Shown here: positions 1-8,172 of the stretch, in pieces
Layout: every line of letters begins with the position of its first letter
Position numbering within the stretch: position 1 is the first letter of the stretch
Source of the DNA: Candidatus Jordarchaeales archaeon
GTDB lineage: Archaea > Asgardarchaeota > Jordiarchaeia > Jordiarchaeales > Freyrarchaeaceae
Length of the DNA: 20,371 nt
Direction of reading: 5' to 3'
NCBI GenBank assembly: GCA_038858525.1
Contig: JAWCFL010000003.1
Span: forward strand, 8,364-28,734
Notes under the pieces: model-generated
What the model was told of the DNA's origin: nothing
What the model saw: the letters and a program-made list of their open reading frames with translations, nothing else
Databases searched by the model: none
Program-made: the position numbers and the translations under genes

Positions 1-325
1 TAACCTGCCATTTTCTTATCCTGTAGATTTGTGCTCTTCTTCTTGGGGATATTTTTCTTCCGTAGGCGTCGCGGTCGCTTCTGCTTATTGTTGTGCTTAG
101 TCCTCTGTCTGGCATTCTTAGTGTTAGTGGTGAGCCTACTCTTGATCTGTCTTTTTTTTCTTCTGCTGTGAATGCTCTCCATTCTGGTCCGGTGTCTATC
201 ATTGTGGTGTCGATTACTGTTCCGCATTCGCTGCAGGTGGTTTCTCCTCTGGTGTAGTCTTTGATGATGTTGGTGCTGCCGCAGTTGGGGCATTGTTGGG
301 TTGGGGTGGTTTCTTGGTTGGTCAT
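1..325 (-). CDS. tfb: Transcription initiation factor IIB (TFB), N-terminal part; runs off the left edge
   Basis: Manual translation from ATG at 325: MTNQETTPTQQCPNCGSTNIIKDYTRGETTCSECGTVIDTTMIDTGPEWRAFTAEEKKDRSRVGSP...RKWQV. Zn ribbon (CPNC...CSEC) plus B-reader motif GPEWRAF...RSRVG. GGTGA RBS upstream. Absent from the ORF track because no stop lies in the window. Confidence 0.97.
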   Translation of the reverse strand, partial: MTNQETTPTQQCPNCGSTNIIKDYTRGETTCSECGTVIDTTMIDTGPEWRAFTAEEKKDRSRVGSPLTLRMPDRGLSTTISRSDRDAYGRKISPRRRAQIYRIRKWQV

Positions 326-402
326 TTTGTTTTCACCTTTTTTGGTGTGTTGTGTGGGGGAGATGGGTGTGGGGTGAGAAGGAGTGTGGTTTGTGGTGTG
401 GG

Positions 403-419
403 CTATTTAAGTTTTTCGG
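403..419 (-). promoter_or_regulatory. BRE/TATA promoter candidate for tfb
   Basis: Minus strand reads CCGAAAAAC-TTAAATAG, about 80 nt upstream of the tfb start. Confidence 0.55.
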
Positions 420-518
420 TTTGGAGAAGAGGATTAGCATTAAGGGCTATCTTCCATCTCCCTTCATGTAGAGGGGAGGGGAGTTGTTGTATATAAATTT
501 TTCGGTTGTTTTTGGGGT

Positions 519-959
519 TTAGGTGTGTTTGATTGTTGTGATTTCTACTGTTGTTACGCCTTCTAGTTGTTGTATTTCGTTTTTGAGTGTTTCGAGGTTG
601 GTTTTTATTTGTGTTTTGTCTATGTAGCCTTCGTAGTAGCAGAGTTTTCCTTTTCTGCATAGTCCTGTGGTGTAGAGGAAGTTGACTTTGTTTTTTACTA
701 TGACTGTGCCGAGGTCTTTGAGGAATTTTTGGCTTAGTTTGTTTATTGTTATGGTTATTTTTATTGCTTCGGGGCTGTCTGTTGGGATTATGCGTGCTTC
801 GCTTGTTGTTTTTGAGATTATGAGGATGGCGTTTTGTTTTCCGAGTGTTTGGGCGAATTCGGGTGGGAGGTTTATTGGTTGGTTGGGTGCTACGGTGATC
901 ATTTTTGCGAGGGTTAGCTCTTCGCTCATGGTGGGCACCGGCTTCGGTTTTTCATGCAT
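519..959 (-). CDS. Hypothetical protein, AbrB-like N-terminus plus ACT-like C-terminal domain
   Basis: Coding part of track ORF 519..1298; start ATG 959 (MHEKPK) or 929 (MSEELT); the upstream extension is an off-frame overlap with the SCP2 gene. ITVAPNQPINLPPEFAQTLG resembles an AbrB hairpin; the C-terminus ends in an ACT-like LKNEIQQLEGVTTVEI pattern. Confidence 0.6.
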   Translation of the reverse strand: MHEKPKPVPTMSEELTLAKMITVAPNQPINLPPEFAQTLGKQNAILIISKTTSEARIIPTDSPEAIKITITINKLSQKFLKDLGTVIVKNKVNFLYTTGLCRKGKLCYYEGYIDKTQIKTNLETLKNEIQQLEGVTTVEITTIKHT

Positions 960-1030
960 AGTATAGTTTCGTGTTTTGGGCTTAATTATTTTTGGGGTTG
1001 TGGGGGTTGAGAAAGGGGAGGGGTGGGTTG

Positions 1031-1378
1031 TTATTGCATTTCGTCTCTGATTATTTCGATTATTGTTCTGAATTTTACGGCGTCGGGGAGGGCGCCTGTG
1101 ATTTTTAGGTCTCCGCTCATGTAGGCGGATGTGGCGTCTATTTCGCCTGAGAGTATTCCGAGTATGGTTTCCCTGTTTGTTTCGAATGTGAGGTCGGGGT
1201 TTTCGTGTGTTCCTTCGTGGACTTTGAATTTTCCGTCTTTTATTTGGATGTAGAATGGTTGTGCGTCTTCGATGATGAATTGGAGTGTTCTGTCCCATCC
1301 TTCTATTTCGGCTTCGACGTCTTCGCTTTTGGCGGCGGCTTCTTCTATTTTTCTTAGGAGGCTCATTATTTCGGACAT
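1031..1378 (-). CDS. SCP2 sterol/lipid-binding domain protein
   Basis: 115 aa with SCP2 pattern LQF...FYIQIKDGKFKVHEG...PDLTF...GEIDATSAYMSGDLKITG. Confidence 0.88.
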   Translation of the reverse strand: MSEIMSLLRKIEEAAAKSEDVEAEIEGWDRTLQFIIEDAQPFYIQIKDGKFKVHEGTHENPDLTFETNRETILGILSGEIDATSAYMSGDLKITGALPDAVKFRTIIEIIRDEMQ

Positions 1379-1677
1379 TTTTCCTCCTCCGTTGTGTGGA
1401 TTTTTCGGGGGAGGAGCTATTAAGTGTTTCTCTGTGTGTGTTGTGGTTTTCCGGGGTTGGTTTGTGGCTTTGTTTTGGCTGTGTGGTTTTTGCGATTTGT
1501 GCGGTTGGTTAGGTTCCCGTGAGGATTCATTTCAAGACTTGTTGGGTTTGATTGAAAGGAGTTTGTGGATTTCTTGAGTGTTGGGCAAGGAGTGTTTGTT
1601 TGAAACGTGAAAAGGTAAAAGCTAAATATTCAAAGTATGTAATTTTATGTGGAAAAGGTTTTGGGACTGTGATACGG

Positions 1678-2547
1678 ATGAGCGTCGTGATTTATGACGT
1701 TACGGCTGAGGGAGACCTTGCGGAGCTGCCTAGCCTCAGCAGGGATGCGCTTAGCAGTGACAGAGTGGTGATCGTTGTCGCTGAGAGGCAGAGGAAGATC
1801 TACCTTTGGAAGGGTAAGAGGTCCTCGGTGAAGAAGAAGTTTGTCGGTGCGAGGAAGGCGTCTGACTTGAGGGCTGAGTGGGGGCTCACGTTTAAGGTGG
1901 TCGCCATGGATGAAGGAGAGGAGGACGGCGACTTCCTCAACTTGCTCGGCGTCAGGGTTGAGGCGGCCTCTAGGACGGCGCCCCGAGAGGTGGCCGTGAA
2001 GCCTCCTCAGGAGGCGGCTGTTGCCGATGGGCCGGCGGCCGTTGCTGTGCGTGAGGAGAAGGTTGTTGTCGAGGAGAGGGCGGCGGCTCCTCCTGTCCGC
2101 GCCGTGAGCCGCACTGCGCCGTCCACTGCTACTGTTGCTCCATCTGTTCAGGCGCCTCGTGGTGCTTCTGCGTCTAGGCCTGCGGGCGGCGCCTCTTTAG
2201 AGGTTAACGAGGAGGCGGTGCTCTCGAAGCTGAGCGAGATAGAGGTCCCGTTGGGGTATGCTAGGGAAATAGTGGTTGTCGGGCCGTGTATTTACGCGGT
2301 GAAGGAGACGAGGACTAGCATTTTTGGGAAGGAGAGTGTTGAGCGCAGGCTGGAGAGGGTTAACCCTCCTGAGGGTGTCTTCGTCGTGGAGAACTTTTTG
2401 CCGAGAGTGATATCCGAAGGGGGAAGAATAGTGGCTATAGAGTTTCTCAGGGAGAAGAGCGACGAGGCTGGAGTGGAGCCTTTGAAGAGCGAGATGGTCA
2501 AGCACCTCGAGGATATAATCTCAGTGTTTAAGGGTGGAAAGGAGTAG
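1678..2547 (+). CDS. Gelsolin-domain protein (single gelsolin-like domain, low-complexity linker, C-terminal domain; Asgard 1DGelX-like)
   Basis: Likely start ATG 1678 (track starts 1552 in GT-rich intergenic DNA). N-terminal ~90 aa LSSDRVVIVV...KIYLWKGKRSSVKKKFVGARKASDLR...KVVAMDEGEEDGDFLNLLG follows the gelsolin repeat pattern (xxWxG, helix, EGxE..F). Confidence 0.8.
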   Translation: MSVVIYDVTAEGDLAELPSLSRDALSSDRVVIVVAERQRKIYLWKGKRSSVKKKFVGARKASDLRAEWGLTFKVVAMDEGEEDGDFLNLLGVRVEAASRTAPREVAVKPPQEAAVADGPAAVAVREEKVVVEERAAAPPVRAVSRTAPSTATVAPSVQAPRGASASRPAGGASLEVNEEAVLSKLSEIEVPLGYAREIVVVGPCIYAVKETRTSIFGKESVERRLERVNPPEGVFVVENFLPRVISEGGRIVAIEFLREKSDEAGVEPLKSEMVKHLEDIISVFKGGKE

Positions 2548-2640
2548 AGGCTGGCGGTGGCTTTTTTCTGCTTAAAATTTATTTAGTAGTTTGTTTAAGG
2601 ATCATTTTGGATTGATGGATTAAATTGTGAAAGGGTGAAT

Positions 2641-3447
2641 ATGATGCTAGTAGCTGAGGGTGTATCCAAGATAGTCGGGATGCTTAGGGATGAGTTGAGG
2701 GTACTTGGCGCCATAACGGCGAGGGGGATAGCGCTCTACACGGTTGGGGGGAAGCAGATTTACTCGGACCTGGACGCCTCGGTCGAGGAGAGGCTCAGAG
2801 TGTTCATTCCGAGCTTTCCGGGGCTCAGCGTCGGGTCTCACATAACGCTTAACATAGGTGAGAGGACTCTTATAGTGATGAGGCTCTCGGAGAGAGCTGT
2901 CCTGGCGGTCTTCACCCACCAGAGGGTGGGGATAGTCCTCGTCAAGATGAACGCGCTAATAAAGGCGTATGGCTCAACACTCGACAAGGTGCTGGAGGGC
3001 GTCGTGGAGGAGGAGGTCCCATCGGTACAGCTGCCCGCGGTGGAGGAGAAGGTTGAGAAGGAGGTTGAAGAGGTTCAGGCGGAGGGCGTGGTGGAGGAAG
3101 CTAAAGTAGAGGAAGCCGTGGAGGCGCAACCCTCTGAGGGGGCAACTGCCGAGGCAGCTCCCGCCGCTGAGGCTGCCGCCGAGGCGGCTAAACCCACTGA
3201 AGCCATTACGGCGGGGAGAGTTAAGATAGTTACTGTTCAGGTTCCAGTGATACTCGACGAGAGCATAGTGAAGAAGAGTAGTGGGAGGGAGAGGAAGGTT
3301 CTCGAGCTGTGCGACGGGGAGCGCTCCGTTGACGATATAGCGAAGGCGGCCGGCGTCCCGTTCTTCGAAGCCCTACAGATCTGCACTAAGTATAGTGTCA
3401 AAAAGAAGATCCGCCTAATAGACAGGCCGAGAGTGGTACAGGAGTAA
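2641..3447 (+). CDS. Longin/roadblock/profilin-like N-terminal domain, acidic linker, C-terminal winged helix resembling that of NPRL2
   Basis: GGGTGA RBS at 2633-2638 before ATG 2641/2644. N-terminal ~120 aa alpha-beta-alpha pattern; Glu/Ala-rich linker; C-terminus VQVPV...KVLELCDGERSVDDIAKAAGVP...KIRL. Confidence 0.6.
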   Translation: MMLVAEGVSKIVGMLRDELRVLGAITARGIALYTVGGKQIYSDLDASVEERLRVFIPSFPGLSVGSHITLNIGERTLIVMRLSERAVLAVFTHQRVGIVLVKMNALIKAYGSTLDKVLEGVVEEEVPSVQLPAVEEKVEKEVEEVQAEGVVEEAKVEEAVEAQPSEGATAEAAPAAEAAAEAAKPTEAITAGRVKIVTVQVPVILDESIVKKSSGRERKVLELCDGERSVDDIAKAAGVPFFEALQICTKYSVKKKIRLIDRPRVVQE

Positions 3448-3466
3448 GATTCCCTAAAAATTCCCC

Positions 3467-3490
3467 AAAAAAAAAGGAGAAGAGGGGGGC
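3467..3490 (-). terminator. Oligo(U) terminator candidate of the surface-protein gene
   Basis: Just after the TGA at 3494 the minus strand reads CCCCCCTCTTCTCC then T9 (A-run 3467-3475 on +). Confidence 0.55.
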
Positions 3491-3493
3491 GTT

Positions 3494-6400
3494 TCACCTT
3501 TTCTTTTTCATGCGCCGGACAGCTATTGCCGTGGCTCCAGCGGCGGACACTGCTACAAGCGCCACTACGACTGAGCCTCCCCGGCTTGACGACGCTGTTA
3601 CTAGTAGGAGTAGGAGGAGTAGGAGGTTGGCTTGGGTTTCATAGATGCTCGTTGACACGTATGAAATGTATGATGGGTCGTTCTGGACGTCTTGTCCGTC
3701 CCATTCGGGGAAGCACGTCGCCATGAAGTATGTTTCTCCCGTTATTGTTATGTTGGCTACGCTGTCCCCTGCTTCTCCAATGTACATTCCCCTGAACGCT
3801 GAGAGCGGTGTTGTTGAGGAGAGAGCTGTGAAGGTTCCGCTTCCGTTGAGCGTGTAATTTGAGCCACCCATGTGGAAGTCGGCTATGGGGGAGGAGCCAA
3901 CCTTGAAGCTGAAGCGGTTAGACATCGTGGAGTTGCTGTCAGGGTCCAATGCGGCTCCGCTTTCACTAGTGAAGACCGCCGTGTAGTTCCCTTGGATGAA
4001 CTTGCCGTAGTACGCCATGGCCAAGCTTCTACCCGTGAGGTCGACCGGGCTGCCTTCACCTGTCGCCGCGCTCCAGTCTCCCACTTCCTGGTCTACTTTA
4101 AGGATGCCACTGTAGTTGTCCTCCCCTGCTTCCAAGTGGAAGTGAGCCACCAGCGAGAGGGAGGTTACGTTGGCCGGCGAGGGGGACTTTTCGAAGTCGT
4201 CTGGGTCAACGTAAAGGGGAACATCCCTTATGAATGACCAGACGCTGTGCACTCTGTCGTCGTCCCCCACCTTGAGGGGGAACAGTGTTCCGTTGAGACC
4301 GCTGAGCGAGACGCCGAAGTCCACCGTGGTTCCGCCGGGAACCTTGACGCTGCCGTTAGCCCCGTGCTCACCGTTAAACGGAAGCCTCAGCTCAACGTCT
4401 TCCGCCGAGTTTATGATGAAGACGTGGGTTGCCTCCTCAGGGTCAGCGGCTCCCAGAAGAGGGCTGACGCCCATGTCTAGGACGCCGTCCCCATCCTGGT
4501 CAGTGTAGAGCAGCATGCCTGCGAAGGACGCCTCAATAGTGCTCCAGGAGAGGCCACGGTCAGGCAGGGAGGTGACGTAAACCTCTTGGACGTTGAATAC
4601 CAGCCAGGTCCACTCGTAAGTGTTAGTGGTGATCCACCAGTAGTCGGGGTTGTTTATCAGGTCGTCTATTGATGCATTGATGGTCATAGGGCCAAGGCCA
4701 GCGTAGCCCGGATTCTCCATGCCATTACTCCAAATAGTGCCGTTTATCATTTGCATATCGTTGCTACTGATGGGGGAGCCGTTAACGTAGGTCCAAGTGT
4801 AAGTCCTGTTCCACAGCATGGTTTGCTCGAAGTGCACGTATCCAACATGGGAAATGAGGAGCAAGCCTGGAGGAGACCCTATAGCTGTCACCAGCAACTC
4901 GTAGGAGACATTGGTGGTAATAGTCGCGTTAGCCCGCATCCGGACATAGTAGTTATCTGTGCCGGGGTTATTGTCCAGGTCCAGTGACCCGTCCTCGCCC
5001 ACGGAGTAGTCGAGCCAGCTGAAGGCGGAGTTAAAAGCGATGAGGCTTGAAAGCTCAAAGTGCTTCGATAAGTCAACGCCCCACACCGGGCTTCCATTCG
5101 AGCTGTTGAGGTATATGGGGAGGACGGCGTAGGAGCCGAAGAATGTCGAGTTTGTCGTGTTAAACTTCAGCGAGAATTTTAAGTGTAGAGCCTCGTCAAG
5201 CGTTCTGTTCGCCTCTAAGAGCTCAACGGGTAACTCAGACAGAGGGATAAGAAGGGGTAGTTTTACGGCTATGGCGGCTGAGATGTTTAGGGGGATGTTG
5301 TACATTAGTAGGATTGCGTATTCGGGGAGTTGTCCTCTTAGTAGTTTTAGGGAGAAGGGTAGGAGTGCTATGCAGACATTGTCTACTTGGTTTACGTTTT
5401 GGCCGTGGATGTCTACTAGGATGTTGAAGGGCTCGTTTGTTCTAACCGGGACTTCGATGAGCTGTTTCCCCGCCGTCTGCTGGCTTGTCACGTTTATGTA
5501 AATGTAGGGGTCGTCAACTATTATTTTTGGGTCCAGTGGCTTGTTTATCCATCCGAGCACGTTGCTGTAGTTGTCTAGGACGTTGATCACAGTGTACTTG
5601 TGCTCCCCGTCTGATATGCTGAGGGAGCCGACGAACGTCACGTTGTCGTTTGACGAGTAGCACTCATTAATGTTCAGGGTGAAGTTGGGCGAGCCAGTGC
5701 GCGTAATAACGTACTCGTACTCCGAGACCCTGTAGCCTTCCCCGACGGTGAATGCTCCCTGGTTGAATTTGAGCACTATCCACGTCTTGTCGCCCTTGTC
5801 TATGGCGAATATGGCGTAGTTTATGGGTGAAGAGGCATTTATGGTTATCTTGAACTTCTGCCCGTTCTTGACGTACTTTATAGGTTGCCCGTTTTCGTCT
5901 AGGAAGTGCACTGTGAAGCCGCTTGCCTTCTCGAGGGTTATCAGCCTGAAGGACTTGAACATGCTCTGTGGAAGCCAGTTGAGGGAGCCGGGCTTAACCT
6001 CGTTGCCCTTACTGTCGAGCGTCTTGACTGCGCAGTAGTAGTATCCTTGGAGGGCGGCGTCGGTGAAATAGCCTGTTACGTTAACCACGTATTCATTATC
6101 GCTGTCACTTCTACTGGTGCCGGTGAACGAGAAGGGGTCGGCAACCGTGGTGCCGTCGAACTTAACCATTATGGACTCCTTCTCCCACCTGCTTGAATTG
6201 TAGTTGTATCCTGCCTGGACGTAAACCTTGGCGCCCCCGATGCTGCCGAAGATCTCCACTCCGATATAACCTGCGGCCAGACCTAAGCCCTCAAAGAACT
6301 GCTTCGGCACCCTGACCGAGAAAGTGTAGTTGGCGTTCCTGCTGAGCGTCGACTCGAATCCAAGCGGCCCTGTCTCCACTTCTCCCCCGGAGGAATTGTA

Positions 6401-6631
6401 AATTATGAGCGTCGGCGTTGGGCCAAACTCCCAAGCGTTCACCTCCCAGCTGGCATTGATTGTTGTAGTTCCATTCAGCGTTGACCATGTAACGTTCATT
6501 TCAGGCAGGCTCTGGGCAGCGTATACTGGAGCTTGAATATGCTGGCTGGCCGCCGCAACGCCGACTCCAGTTAGGCCAGCGCCAATCAGGAGCACGGCTA
6601 GAAGCGCCGCCAGCATCACCCTTCCACTCAA
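3494..6631 (-). CDS. Large secreted, C-terminally membrane-anchored glycoprotein (S-layer/surface protein-like), function unknown
   Basis: Likely start TTG 6631, 7 nt after GGAGG (track start 6661). Signal peptide RVMLAALLAVLLIGAGLTGVGVAAA; about 30 N-x-S/T sequons; DQDGDGVLD Ca-binding-type motif at 4475-4501; C-terminal hydrophobic helix then RRMKKKR. Confidence 0.8.
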   Translation of the reverse strand: MSGRVMLAALLAVLLIGAGLTGVGVAAASQHIQAPVYAAQSLPEMNVTWSTLNGTTTINASWEVNAWEFGPTPTLIIYNSSGGEVETGPLGFESTLSRNANYTFSVRVPKQFFEGLGLAAGYIGVEIFGSIGGAKVYVQAGYNYNSSRWEKESIMVKFDGTTVADPFSFTGTSRSDSDNEYVVNVTGYFTDAALQGYYYCAVKTLDSKGNEVKPGSLNWLPQSMFKSFRLITLEKASGFTVHFLDENGQPIKYVKNGQKFKITINASSPINYAIFAIDKGDKTWIVLKFNQGAFTVGEGYRVSEYEYVITRTGSPNFTLNINECYSSNDNVTFVGSLSISDGEHKYTVINVLDNYSNVLGWINKPLDPKIIVDDPYIYINVTSQQTAGKQLIEVPVRTNEPFNILVDIHGQNVNQVDNVCIALLPFSLKLLRGQLPEYAILLMYNIPLNISAAIAVKLPLLIPLSELPVELLEANRTLDEALHLKFSLKFNTTNSTFFGSYAVLPIYLNSSNGSPVWGVDLSKHFELSSLIAFNSAFSWLDYSVGEDGSLDLDNNPGTDNYYVRMRANATITTNVSYELLVTAIGSPPGLLLISHVGYVHFEQTMLWNRTYTWTYVNGSPISSNDMQMINGTIWSNGMENPGYAGLGPMTINASIDDLINNPDYWWITTNTYEWTWLVFNVQEVYVTSLPDRGLSWSTIEASFAGMLLYTDQDGDGVLDMGVSPLLGAADPEEATHVFIINSAEDVELRLPFNGEHGANGSVKVPGGTTVDFGVSLSGLNGTLFPLKVGDDDRVHSVWSFIRDVPLYVDPDDFEKSPSPANVTSLSLVAHFHLEAGEDNYSGILKVDQEVGDWSAATGEGSPVDLTGRSLAMAYYGKFIQGNYTAVFTSESGAALDPDSNSTMSNRFSFKVGSSPIADFHMGGSNYTLNGSGTFTALSSTTPLSAFRGMYIGEAGDSVANITITGETYFMATCFPEWDGQDVQNDPSYISYVSTSIYETQANLLLLLLLLVTASSSRGGSVVVALVAVSAAGATAIAVRRMKKKR

Positions 6632-6811
6632 AGGAAATCCTCCACTGCATAATTTAATCAAATTATAAATAAAGAGGGAATGAAGATTAAATAATATTCT
6701 AAAGAGGCAATTCAGCTTCGGGGTTTGTTCGATCTTGGCGGTGTTGGGGGGAGGAAAAGTTTTAGTTTGTCTTTCGACTTTTTCTAGGTTGAGGGATGGT
6801 TTCTAGTAGCG

Positions 6812-8038
6812 GTGGTATTTTTGCCTGATAACGGTGACATGGTTGTTGTGACGGCGACTGGCAGGGATAGGCCGGGGCTTGTGGCTGAGTTGACTAGTAT
6901 AGTGGCTGGGGTCAACGGGAACATAGTTGACATTGAGGAGATAGTGATGAGGGGGCTTTTCGCGATCTTCATGATAGTCGACCTCAGCCGGGCGTTCACC
7001 TCCATGGAGGAGCTTAGGGAGAGGATCGTGGCTAAGGGGAGAGAGGTAGGGTTACAGGTAAGCGTTGAGCCATATGTGCCTGGGAGGAGGAAGGCGGACA
7101 AGAAGCTCGTGTTCATCAATATTCTCGGCAAGGATAGGCCCGGCATAGTTGCGGCGGTATCCTCTCTTCTCAGGGATTACAACGTGAACATTGAACGCAT
7201 ACGCATGATCGCGAGGGGGGAGATGTTTGCGATGGAAATGGTGGCTGACGTGAGCGAGGTGAGCGGCGACCTGGAGGAGGTCAAGTCTAGGCTGAAGGCG
7301 AAATGCGAGGAGATGGAGCTGAGCGCAATAGTGCAGAGGGAGGACGTTTTCGGCGTCCCAAAGAGGCTGGTCGTGTTCGACATGGACTCGACGCTTGTAG
7401 AACAAGAAATAATAGACGAGATCGCCAAGGTTGCAGGAGTCGGAGAGGAGGTATACGAGATAACGAGGCAGGCAATGGAGGGAAAAATAGACTTCAAGGA
7501 GGCGCTCAGAAGGAGGGTCAAGCTCCTAGCCGGGTTAAAGGTTGAGGAGCTTGAAAAAGTAGCGCAAAACATCCGCTTGACACCCGGCGCAAGGGAGCTG
7601 ATCCAGGCTCTGAAGAGCATGGGCTGCAAGGTTGCCCTGATAAGCGGAGGCTTCACCTACTTCACCGACAGGCTTAAGGAGCTCCTAGGGCTGGACTACG
7701 CCTTCGGGAACAAGCTCATAATAAAGGACGGGGTTGTAACGGGCGAAGTCGAGGAGCCAATAATAGATGCTGAGAGAAAGGCGGAGATAATAGAGTGGAT
7801 AGCGGAGAACGAGGGCATAAGCAAGGACGAGATAGTTGCTGTGGGAGACGGGGCCAATGACAGGTTTATGCTCAAGAACGTCGGGCTCGGCATAGCTTTC
7901 AACGCCAAGGAAATACTGAAACAGGTTGCTGACGGAGTCATAAGTCAGAAGAACCTGCTAAGCATACTGTACGCCTTCGGCATACCCCAACAGGACATCG
8001 AAAAATACGTTAACCAGAGCAGTGTAAAAGAGGGCTAG
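6812..8038 (+). CDS. serB: Phosphoserine phosphatase with two N-terminal ACT domains
   Basis: ACT motifs GRDRPGLVA and GKDRPGIVA; HAD motifs FDMDST, ISGGF, KAE, GDGANDRFM. Confidence 0.93.
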   Translation: MVFLPDNGDMVVVTATGRDRPGLVAELTSIVAGVNGNIVDIEEIVMRGLFAIFMIVDLSRAFTSMEELRERIVAKGREVGLQVSVEPYVPGRRKADKKLVFINILGKDRPGIVAAVSSLLRDYNVNIERIRMIARGEMFAMEMVADVSEVSGDLEEVKSRLKAKCEEMELSAIVQREDVFGVPKRLVVFDMDSTLVEQEIIDEIAKVAGVGEEVYEITRQAMEGKIDFKEALRRRVKLLAGLKVEELEKVAQNIRLTPGARELIQALKSMGCKVALISGGFTYFTDRLKELLGLDYAFGNKLIIKDGVVTGEVEEPIIDAERKAEIIEWIAENEGISKDEIVAVGDGANDRFMLKNVGLGIAFNAKEILKQVADGVISQKNLLSILYAFGIPQQDIEKYVNQSSVKEG

Positions 8039-8172
8039 AGGAGTAATTTAGCGCTACTTAAACCCGGCATATCCCCAACCGGAAGGCCGAGCGGGCGGCT
8101 CACGGAGCCCTCAACCTCCTAGAAGCTCATGGGCTCACCGAGTAGAGGAAGCGCAGGGTCTCCGGCGCGCTG

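Noticed and set aside
293-1577. Track ORFs 293..496, 403..660, 682..966, 1272..1577, 1285..1512 and the N-terminal 113 aa of 519..1298
   Set aside because: Antisense or off-frame shadows of tfb, the AbrB/ACT gene and the SCP2 gene; the F/V/G- or R/N/T/K-rich composition reflects the strand skew.
8105-8136. AUGA...GA hairpin as a eukaryote-like SECIS in the Fe-S gene 3' UTR
   Set aside because: The upper helix is far too short, there is no AA loop, and the gene has no in-frame UGA.
8080-8160. SRP RNA or RNase P RNA (CCGGAAGG and GAGGAAG words)
   Set aside because: The spacer is only ~130 nt and the remaining conserved elements are absent.
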